Positions 56,431 to 64,000 of a stretch of 64,000 nucleotides of DNA are shown here, piece by piece. The notes beneath the pieces are model-generated. The model worked only from the letters and a program-made list of their open reading frames with translations. It made no database searches and had not been told where the DNA came from. The DNA is taken from contig OY821641.1 in assembly GCA_963555995.3 (NCBI GenBank), positions 1,856,001 to 1,920,000 of the forward strand, read 5' to 3'. The stretch is from Vicinamibacteria bacterium. GTDB taxonomy: Bacteria; Acidobacteriota; Vicinamibacteria; Marinacidobacterales; Marinacidobacteraceae. Numbering within the stretch: position 1 is the stretch's first letter; the number at the start of each line of letters is the position of its first letter. Both the position numbers and the translations under genes were made by a program.

Positions 56431-56652
56431 GGTTTGGAACGCCGGCTTCAGCCGGCACAGCCCGCCGAAGGCGGGCGGCGAGACGGACCTCACGCGCCGG
56501 GATGGCTCGGCTGCGACGCGCCAATGCACCCGGGGTGGCGACGAACCCGCCCGCGGCCCTACGGGCCGCTGTGCCGGCTGAAGCCGGCGTTCCAAGCCGG
56601 CGGCGTCCTCACGAATGTTGGCGGACCCGCCGGAGCCGCGGCTTCATAGCAA
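56431..56652. repeat. REPIN-like element with terminal extension
   Basis: Inverted REP pair at 56431 and 56571; extension similar to 2611-2673. Confidence 0.85.
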
Positions 56653-56693
56653 CTGGCTCGTCTCGGCGCTCACGAGGGTTTCGCCAAAGGCCC

Positions 56694-58433
56694 CTAGCGG
56701 AACTCGGGCACGAAGGGCAGCAGCGCCAGCCGCGTGCCCCGGAGCGCCGCGTCGAGAACCGGGAGCCGCTCCCGCAGGCCGCCGGCGCGGAACTCGGCCT
56801 CGATCGCCTCGGCCAGCGTCGGCGGCTCCGGCAACGAGACCCATTCGATGGCCGCGTCGTTCGGAAACCCGGCCTCCGTCGCCGCCAGGCGGACCGCGGC
56901 TTCGATCCCTCCCACCTGATCCACGAGGCCGACCGCCAGCGCCTGCCCGCCGGTGAAGACCCGGCCCTGGCCGATGGCGTCCACGTCGGCCGTGGTCATG
57001 TTCCGGGCCGCGGACACGCGCTCCAGGAAGACGCCGTAAACCTCGGCGGCGCCCTCGCGCAGCCGCTCCAGATCCCGCTCGTCCAGCGGTCGGGAGGGGC
57101 TGAGCCAGTTCGGCCGGCCGCCGGCCGACACCAGGTCCGCCGCGATCCCGATCTTTTCGAGCATCTCCCCGATGCTGAACTTCCCGACGTAAACGCCGAT
57201 GGAGCCGGTGATGGAGAGCGGCTGGGCGACCACCCGCCGGGCGGCCGTCGAGACCCAGTAGCCGCCCGACGCCGCCGTGTCGCCGAACGAGGCGACCAGC
57301 GGTTTCACCCCGCGCACCCGGTCGGCGGCCCTCCAGATCGTGTCCGAGGCGGAATCGCTTCCGCCGGGACTGGAGACGCGGAGCACCACCGCGTCCACGG
57401 ACTCTTCCTCTTCCGCCCAGGCGAGCGCCTCCGCGACCGTCGTGGCGCCGGCGACGCGTCCCGCCGACAGGTCTTCGCGGCTCTTGCCGGGGAGGATCGC
57501 GCCGTCCACGTGGACGACCGCGACCCGCGCATCCGCACGGAGGGAGCCCCGCCGGGACGACGCAACGTAGTCGGCGATGCCCACGAGCTTCTCCTCCTCG
57601 ACGTCCTCCTTGATCTCGTCCAGGTAGCTGAGCGCGTCCACCAGGCCGTGCTCCAGCGCGCGGCTCGCGGTGTAGGGGCCGTCGGAGAGCAGTCGGTCCG
57701 CGTCGCCCGGCGTCATTCCCCGCGCCTCGGCCACCGCCGCCACGGTCCCGGCCCGGAACTCTTCCCCGAGCGATTCGAGCTGCTCCCGATGCTCGGGACT
57801 CATACCCGATTCGGTGAACACGTCCGGCGAGGTCTTGTAGGGGCCGATCGCCTCGAACTGCGCCTCGATGCCCAGCTTCTCGAAGAGCCCGGCGAAGAAC
57901 ATGACCTCCATCGAGATCCCGTAGAGGCCCAACTGCCCCCGCGGGTGCATGTGGATCCGGTCGGCGGCGCTCGCCAGGTAGTAGTCCATGAGCCCGGCGT
58001 ACTCGAGCGAGGCGGTGACCCGCTTGCCGGCTTCCCGGAAGCGCAGGGCGGCGTCGCGCAGTTCGCGCGCCCGCGCCCAGCCGATCCGGGTGTTTCCCAC
58101 GCGCAGGTGGAGGGCGCCGATGCGGGGATCCTCGGCGGCCCGCGACATGCCCTGGATCAGCTCGCTGAAGCTGGGTCCGGCGTCGGCGAACAGGAACGGG
58201 GCGTAGGGGAGGGTCTCCGGGTAGTCCCCCTCCGTGCCGACGAGCAGGATGCCGTCCTCGGGGACCGACGGGTCGCCGCCGAGGAAGAAGGTGAACGCCA
58301 GTCCCAGGAAGCCCAGCCCTACGACCACGGCGAATACCAGCATGGCGGTGAGCAGACAGCCGGAGCCGGCGCGGCGGCGCGCTTGCGGCGGCGGGGGCGG
58401 CGGCGCGGCGCGGCCGGCGAACGGCTCGGTCAT
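56694..58433 (-). CDS. sppA: Signal peptide peptidase SppA (long, two-domain type)
   Basis: YYLASAAD, G.YK, LRV.SPGG, AASGGYW, ITGSIGV, QGRVFTG. Confidence 0.93.
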   Translation of the reverse strand: MTEPFAGRAAPPPPPPQARRRAGSGCLLTAMLVFAVVVGLGFLGLAFTFFLGGDPSVPEDGILLVGTEGDYPETLPYAPFLFADAGPSFSELIQGMSRAAEDPRIGALHLRVGNTRIGWARARELRDAALRFREAGKRVTASLEYAGLMDYYLASAADRIHMHPRGQLGLYGISMEVMFFAGLFEKLGIEAQFEAIGPYKTSPDVFTESGMSPEHREQLESLGEEFRAGTVAAVAEARGMTPGDADRLLSDGPYTASRALEHGLVDALSYLDEIKEDVEEEKLVGIADYVASSRRGSLRADARVAVVHVDGAILPGKSREDLSAGRVAGATTVAEALAWAEEEESVDAVVLRVSSPGGSDSASDTIWRAADRVRGVKPLVASFGDTAASGGYWVSTAARRVVAQPLSITGSIGVYVGKFSIGEMLEKIGIAADLVSAGGRPNWLSPSRPLDERDLERLREGAAEVYGVFLERVSAARNMTTADVDAIGQGRVFTGGQALAVGLVDQVGGIEAAVRLAATEAGFPNDAAIEWVSLPEPPTLAEAIEAEFRAGGLRERLPVLDAALRGTRLALLPFVPEFR

Positions 58434-58477
58434 CGGGTCAGGCTCCCGGGTGTTTCCCGGAAATCCCCCGGCCCGGT

Positions 58478-58815
58478 CGTTGTGAGAATGTAGTCCTGCG
58501 GGGTTGGCCAACGGCCGTGATGGCGCCACCGGCCTGGAACGCCGGCTTCAGCCGGCACAGCCCGCCGCAGGCGGGCGGCGAGCCGTACCTCCTTCGCCGG
58601 GATGGCTCGGCTGCGCACGCCATGTGCATCCCGGGTAGCGATGACCGCCCGCGCGGCCCTTCGGGCCGCTGTGCCGGCTGAAGCCGGCGTTCCAAGCCCG
58701 CGCGCGAACTCGGCTCCCGAGCCCCACGCCGGGGCGGGAACCACCGTTTCCCGGGGGCGTTGGAACGTGCGCGGCGCGGAGCGCCGTGCGTGCCGGTCCG
58801 GAGACCGGCGTCCCG
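58478..58815. repeat. REPIN-like element with terminal extension plus single REP
   Basis: Inverted pair at 58531 and 58671; extension similar to 2288-2351; further REP at about 58790. Confidence 0.85.
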
Positions 58816-58817
58816 GG

Positions 58818-59504
58818 TCAGCGCGGCGGGTCAGGAAGCCGCTCCTTCCGGGTCTCCGCGAGGTCCCGAAAGGCGGAGGCGGGGTACTCCTCGACGATCC
58901 GCTCGTAGAGCGCGACCGCGGCTTCCGGCCTCCCCTGTTCCTCTTCGAGGATTCCAAGCTCGAACAGAACGGTATCGAGCGGCAGGTCACCGCTCCCACC
59001 AAGCAGACTTCGGTACGCGAGCGCCGCCTCTTCACCCTTGCCCGAGGTTCGCTGGACGCCGGCAAGACCGAGCGTGGCGAGTTCGGCGAGCAGGTCGTTC
59101 CGTCCCCGCACCGCCTCGAAGCTCACCGCGGCCCCTTCGTAATCCCCCAGCGCGCGCTGGCAGACCCCGGCGTAGTAGCGCGCGGTCCTGCCTTCGAGCG
59201 AGTTGCCTTCGCTCTCGGCCAGCCGTTCCAGTTCGGAAAGCGAAGCCTCGCACGGACCCTGCTGGGCTTCCGCTCCCCCCGTCACCTGCTGGATTTCGGT
59301 GGTGAGGACACCGAGCCGGGTCCGCGCCGCCTCCTTGCGGTTCCCGCGGTTCACCAGGAAAGCGCCGGCCAGGAGGGCGATCCCGACGGTCGCCGCGATG
59401 ATGGTGACCAGGGAGCGGCGGTTCTCCTGGGCCCAGTCCACCGCCCGCTCGACCCGCAGAATGAGGGCGTCGGTCTCGAGCTTGTGCCGTTCTTCGCCGC
59501 GCAT
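58818..59504 (-). CDS. YfgM-like single-TM TPR protein
   Basis: ERHKLETD N-terminus, one TM segment, TPR helices ending YE.I..EYP.S. Confidence 0.75.
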   Translation of the reverse strand: MRGEERHKLETDALILRVERAVDWAQENRRSLVTIIAATVGIALLAGAFLVNRGNRKEAARTRLGVLTTEIQQVTGGAEAQQGPCEASLSELERLAESEGNSLEGRTARYYAGVCQRALGDYEGAAVSFEAVRGRNDLLAELATLGLAGVQRTSGKGEEAALAYRSLLGGSGDLPLDTVLFELGILEEEQGRPEAAVALYERIVEEYPASAFRDLAETRKERLPDPPR

Positions 59505-59572
59505 GGGTCCGGGAAACGCGGAATTCTAGCCGGGGGCCGACGCGAGCGGCGGCGCCAATTCCGCGAGCGAAT

Positions 59573-60919
59573 CTAAACCCGCACCACGCCACGGAGGCGG
59601 GCGCCGTCCGGGATCCGCGCGGGCCGGTCGCGGCGGCCCAGCACCGTCACCTCGCCCTCGCAGGCGACCCGCCGCCCGAACCGGACATCGCCGCTGACCT
59701 GGAGGCGGTCGCAGGCGAGCAGCGAAGGGGGCCCGTGCGGGAACCGGGCCTCGAGGTCGCTGATGAACCGGTAGCGCTCCCGGTCGAGTGCGACCGGCGG
59801 CGGCTCGCGGGCGGGTTCGACCAGCCCGTTCTCATCGATCGCGTAGATGTCCGAGCGCAGGACCAGCAGGTTCTCGGTGGTCTTCACGGGCGCGAACCGC
59901 CGCCGCGGGACCTCGACGGCCTGCGCCCCGTCGAAGACCTCGAGCGCGGTTCCGGCGGCCTGTTCCAGGTGGAACACCGGCTCGGATTCCGGATCGCGCG
60001 GATCCGCCGTCTTCGGGTTCGCGATCGTCGGAAGCGGGAGGAAGCCTCCTCCCCGGTCCAGGGCGTCCCGGAGCGCATCGAGCCGCAGCCAGAGGTTGTT
60101 GGCGTTGAAGTAACGGTACCGCTCGTGGTCCCGGAAGGCATCCCGGTCCTCGGGGGCGCACTGCGCCGTCTCGCGGAGCACCAGCCGCCCGTCACGGCGG
60201 CGGCGCGCGAGGTGGCCGCCCTTCCAGTCCTCCGGCGTGCGCCGGACGACTTCCATGAGGAACGGGGCGCCCGACCGGATGAAGAAAGCCAGCAGCGACG
60301 GGTCGGGACACCCTCCCACGTTGTCCACGTTGGAGACGAACGCGTAGCGAAAGCCCTTGGCTAGCAGGTCGGCGAGCACGCCGCTGGTGCCGAGGGCGGT
60401 GTAGAGGTCGCCGTGTCCCGGCGGACACCATTCGAGATCCGGCCGGTCGGGCACCCGCACGGGAGCGAAGTCGGCGCGGCGCAGCTTGGGCGCCTCGTGC
60501 TGCAGGAAGCTCGGAACGTCCTGGTCCCCGAGCGTCTCCCGGACCGCCGCGTCCGTGGCGAAGCTGTTCATGAGGACCGGGCGCACCCCCACGGTCCCCG
60601 CCTGCTTCAGGGCGATGTCCAGGAAGGTCATGCCCTCCGTGGCGTAGAGCAGGGCCTTGGGGGCCCGCATCCCCATGGTGGTCCCGAGTCCGCCGTTCAG
60701 GGTGATCGCGACGGTGCGGGCCCGCGCGTCCGGCGAAGCGGGTTCGCCGGACTCCGGAACCACGGGGAGTTCCGTCACCGGGCCGAGGCTCGCTTCCGGA
60801 AGGTGGCAGGGCCCCCGCGCGGCCGACCGGACGCTCTCCAGGAACCCGCGCCGAAACGCCGCCGGCATCCCGCGGCGACGGAGCACCGCCTCGACGGCGG
60901 ACGCCGGGTCCGGGGACAT
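59573..60919 (-). CDS. UTP--glucose-1-phosphate uridylyltransferase, eukaryote-like UDPGP family
   Basis: LNGGLGTTMG...PK, LMNSF.T, WCPPGHGD, SNVDN, KGGHL, FN.NNLW, RF.PVKTT..LL..RSD.Y. Confidence 0.9.
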   Translation of the reverse strand: MSPDPASAVEAVLRRRGMPAAFRRGFLESVRSAARGPCHLPEASLGPVTELPVVPESGEPASPDARARTVAITLNGGLGTTMGMRAPKALLYATEGMTFLDIALKQAGTVGVRPVLMNSFATDAAVRETLGDQDVPSFLQHEAPKLRRADFAPVRVPDRPDLEWCPPGHGDLYTALGTSGVLADLLAKGFRYAFVSNVDNVGGCPDPSLLAFFIRSGAPFLMEVVRRTPEDWKGGHLARRRRDGRLVLRETAQCAPEDRDAFRDHERYRYFNANNLWLRLDALRDALDRGGGFLPLPTIANPKTADPRDPESEPVFHLEQAAGTALEVFDGAQAVEVPRRRFAPVKTTENLLVLRSDIYAIDENGLVEPAREPPPVALDRERYRFISDLEARFPHGPPSLLACDRLQVSGDVRFGRRVACEGEVTVLGRRDRPARIPDGARLRGVVRV

Positions 60920-60924
60920 GGCGA

Positions 60925-62085
60925 TCAGGCCTCCGCCGCTTGCCGGCGCCGCCAGACGATCGCCGCCACCGGCAGCAGCGCGGCCAGCACGGTCCAGCCG
61001 AGCGGCTGGCGGAGAAGCCCCGCGAGGATCGCCAGCAGGAAAGCCGCTCCCCAGACGAGCCGGGCCGGGCCGTACCAGCGGGCGTGCCGGGTGGCGAGGA
61101 GAAAGTCGCTGGGCGGCACCGCGAGGGCGATGAGACTGGTCCGGAACTCGGGGAGCGGGCTCAGGATCAGCACCGCGGTCCCCAGCGTTCCCACGAACCC
61201 CATCAGCACCGCCGCGCCAGCGGCCCCGGCGCGCCGCGGCCCGGGCGTCCGCGGCAGCGCGATGAGCAGCGTGAGGAACCCGGCGATCCCGAAGAGCCAG
61301 GGCAGATACGGGCGGCTTCCCGGATCGGGCGGCAGCAGGTCCCCGTAGCTGCCGGTGTGCAGCCGCCGGGGCGGCGCGTCGAACGCCGCTTCCACGCCGT
61401 AGCGGAGCGCGCCCGGCAGGAACATGGCGTCGAACGAGGAAATGGGCTCGTCGGCGACCGACCCCACGCCGACGTCCGAGAGCCAGAGCAGGAAGGGATC
61501 CCCGTACAACCCGCGGCGGATGTGCCCGCGAAACGTCGGTTCGCGCTCCGGCCCCGCGAAGGGCAACGGCAGCGGGATCGGCTGGCGGAGCCTCCCGGAC
61601 GCCGCTTCATCGAGGTAGTCCCGAATGCGGCTCGTGCAGTTGTCGTCGAAGTGGTTGTAGATGTACTCGCTGTCGCCGGGCACCAGGTCCCGGGCGATCC
61701 GGCCGAGGAGCGCCTCGCGCGCTTCCGGAGCGAGGTCGAGATCCTGGCGGAACACGCTCCGGTCGTCCCGCGCGTAAACCCGCACCGTGTCTTCGTACCC
61801 CGAGACCGCCATCCAGAAGACGGCTTCGCCCCGGAGGACCTCCTGGACGAGTCCCACCGGCCGCGAGAAGTCCGTGACCCCGTAGTTCAGGCACCGCTCC
61901 CCGACGCAGAGCGCGGCGTGCCCCCACTTGCGGAAGACCACCGAGTGGTCGGGGCCCATCGTCAGCAGGAAGATGGGCGGGGCGTCCGGGGTCTCGGACC
62001 GAGCCTCCGCATCCTGGCCCCGGGCCATGGCGCCCGGCAGCGAGACCGCGAGCCCGGCCAGCAACAGCAGAGAGAAACGGGCCAA
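60925..62085 (-). CDS. DUF4105 / Lnb-like membrane protein
   Basis: LLTMGP...WGHAAL, NYG..DF, Y.Y....DNCT.RIRD, MFLP; C-terminal TM segments. Confidence 0.75.
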   Translation of the reverse strand: MARFSLLLLAGLAVSLPGAMARGQDAEARSETPDAPPIFLLTMGPDHSVVFRKWGHAALCVGERCLNYGVTDFSRPVGLVQEVLRGEAVFWMAVSGYEDTVRVYARDDRSVFRQDLDLAPEAREALLGRIARDLVPGDSEYIYNHFDDNCTSRIRDYLDEAASGRLRQPIPLPLPFAGPEREPTFRGHIRRGLYGDPFLLWLSDVGVGSVADEPISSFDAMFLPGALRYGVEAAFDAPPRRLHTGSYGDLLPPDPGSRPYLPWLFGIAGFLTLLIALPRTPGPRRAGAAGAAVLMGFVGTLGTAVLILSPLPEFRTSLIALAVPPSDFLLATRHARWYGPARLVWGAAFLLAILAGLLRQPLGWTVLAALLPVAAIVWRRRQAAEA

Positions 62086-62135
62086 GACGAAGCGGAATTC
62101 TAGTGAGGGAGGGGACCGTCTCTATACTCAAAACG

Positions 62136-64000
62136 ATGCGCATCCAGCCCGCGCGGAGGAAGCCCGGCGTTCCCCTGCCCTCCGCGCCGGCGGATGGCGG
62201 GGGCGCGCGTCCTGCGGCCCCGGTGACCGGGCGGGCGCTCATCTTCTGGGACCCGAAGCGTCCCGGCCGGAAGCGGGACGCGATGGATACCGACCAGATC
62301 ACCCCTTCCGCCGACTGCGTTTCCGAGAGCCTCGACGCGCTCGACGCGCGCTGGAAAGCGGGAGCGTTCCGCCACCTGATGCCGGACTTCGCGGCCCGCG
62401 TGCAAGCCGGGCAGAACTTCCTGATCGCCGGCGAGCGGTTCGGCATCGGCTCCTCGCGGGAGATGAGCCCGGCGGGGCTGCTCGGCATCGCCCGGGACGC
62501 GGGGACCACCCTGGTGCTCGTGCTCGGGTCCGGCGTCGGCGACATCTTCCGCCGGAACGCGCTCAACCTCGGGCTCGAGGTGCTCGAATGCCCCGCCGCC
62601 GCCGGGGACGCCCGGGACGGCCACCGGTTCACCTTCGATCCGGCGACGCGGCGGCTCGCGAACGACTCGCTCGGCCGCTCCTACGACCCGAAGCCGCTCA
62701 CCGCGCGGGAGGCGGAACTCCGGCGGTCCGGCGGCATCGTGGCGGCGGGACGCCGCGAGTTCCTCGCTTCCGTCGAGGCCGAACCGCGGACCGAGTGGCC
62801 CGGGCCAAAGGAGCGGGACCACCTCACCGTGACCGAGCAGATCCTCTGGGCGCACCGGGTGGACCGCCGCGCCCCGGTCTCGGTGGGAGAGAGCATCCTG
62901 GTGACGGCGGACCTGCTGCCCGCTTCCGACGGCACCGCGCCGTTCGCGATCCACACCTTCCGGGAGATCACCGGGGGCGCCATCCATCCCCGGCAGGCCG
63001 CGATCGCCAACGACCACTTCGTCTTCACCGGACGCGCCGCGGACGACCGGCAGACGGAGATCAGCCGGAGGTTCGCCGAAGCCGAGGGGCTGCGGGCTCC
63101 CTGGTTCGCGACCCCGGGGGACGGCATCTTCCACTTCTACTTCCCCGAACAGGGACTCGTGTTTCCCGGCGCGGTGATCCCGGGGGCCGACAGCCACAGC
63201 CGCGCCTACGGCGCCTACGGGGCGCTCGGCATCGGCGTCGGATCGAGCGCGCTCGGCTTCGGCTGGGCCACCGGGAGCGTCCTCCTGACCCCGCCGCCGG
63301 CCCGCCGGGTGGTGCTCACCGGCCAGATCCCTCCCTGGTCCTCGGGCAAGGACATCGTCCTGGCGCTCATCGCGCGGTGGAACGGCGCCGCCGCCGGCGC
63401 CTCGGTGGAGTTCGTGGATGAGCGCCACGCCCTGCCGATCACCTGGCGCAACACGATCTGCAACATGATGGCGGAGGCGGAAGCCTGGAACGGGATATTC
63501 CCCTGCGACGAGGTCACGGCGGGGTTCTACGCGGACCGCGGGTCCGGAGACCTCCCCTATCCGCCGCTCACGAGCGGCGCCGCCGCGGACTTCGCCGCCG
63601 AAGAGGTCTTCGACCTCGCGGGGGTGGAGCCGCTGGTGGCGCTTCCCTCGGCGCCCGGGAACGCGCACCCCGCGACCGAGGTCGCGGAAGGCCGCCTCGG
63701 GTTCGACCGCGCCTACATCGGGTCCTGCACGAACGGCAGCTACGACGACCTGCTCGCCGCCGCCCAGGTCGTGCGCGCGGCGCGCGAACGGGGACACGAC
63801 CGGACGCGCGAGAAGTTCGTCATCTTTCCGGGCTCGGGAGGCGTCCGCAAGGCGATCGAGGAGGCCGAACCGCGCCTCGGGGGGGAACCAGTCGCTTCCG
63901 TACTGCGCTCGGTGGGAGGCGAGATCCGGGCGTCGTGGTGCGGTCCGTGTTTCGGTCAGGGCGAGGACGCCCTCCGGCCGGGAATGCGGGCGATCACGTC
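62136..64000 (+). CDS. Aconitase-family dehydratase, fused small(swivel)-large subunits (partial)
   Basis: Not in the ORF track. MDTDQITP, FGIGSSRE, then ANDH, GIFH, GADSHS, IGSCTNG, CGPCFG in one open frame to the window end. Confidence 0.85.
   Translation, partial: MRIQPARRKPGVPLPSAPADGGGARPAAPVTGRALIFWDPKRPGRKRDAMDTDQITPSADCVSESLDALDARWKAGAFRHLMPDFAARVQAGQNFLIAGERFGIGSSREMSPAGLLGIARDAGTTLVLVLGSGVGDIFRRNALNLGLEVLECPAAAGDARDGHRFTFDPATRRLANDSLGRSYDPKPLTAREAELRRSGGIVAAGRREFLASVEAEPRTEWPGPKERDHLTVTEQILWAHRVDRRAPVSVGESILVTADLLPASDGTAPFAIHTFREITGGAIHPRQAAIANDHFVFTGRAADDRQTEISRRFAEAEGLRAPWFATPGDGIFHFYFPEQGLVFPGAVIPGADSHSRAYGAYGALGIGVGSSALGFGWATGSVLLTPPPARRVVLTGQIPPWSSGKDIVLALIARWNGAAAGASVEFVDERHALPITWRNTICNMMAEAEAWNGIFPCDEVTAGFYADRGSGDLPYPPLTSGAAADFAAEEVFDLAGVEPLVALPSAPGNAHPATEVAEGRLGFDRAYIGSCTNGSYDDLLAAAQVVRAARERGHDRTREKFVIFPGSGGVRKAIEEAEPRLGGEPVASVLRSVGGEIRASWCGPCFGQGEDALRPGMRAIT

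Overview
GC-rich bacterial chromosomal segment. The gene families (GWxTD protein, CRTAC1/ASPIC-UnbV + TPR pair, CehA/McbA hydrolase, M14 peptidases, many Tat substrates) suggest Acidobacteriota, which is an inference. It holds about 45 genes: housekeeping genes (rpmB, ilvB-ilvN-ilvC, apt, acyP, mtgA, sppA, rfbB, tRNA-Arg(CCT)), many secreted enzymes, three toxin-antitoxin-like pairs, a LigD with a degenerate ligase domain, and a dense family of REP/REPIN-like palindromic repeats including a 10 x 82-bp tandem array. The main observation is a selenium locus at 26.7-29.9 kb. Selenoneine-biosynthesis-like senB/senA genes lie next to two tandem rhodanese genes that the ORF track splits. Each has an in-frame TGA exactly at the catalytic Cys position, followed 15 nt later by the same SECIS-like hairpin, so both are probable selenocysteine rhodaneses, and one is a predicted lipoprotein. 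All family assignments come from motif recognition by eye, without database searches.
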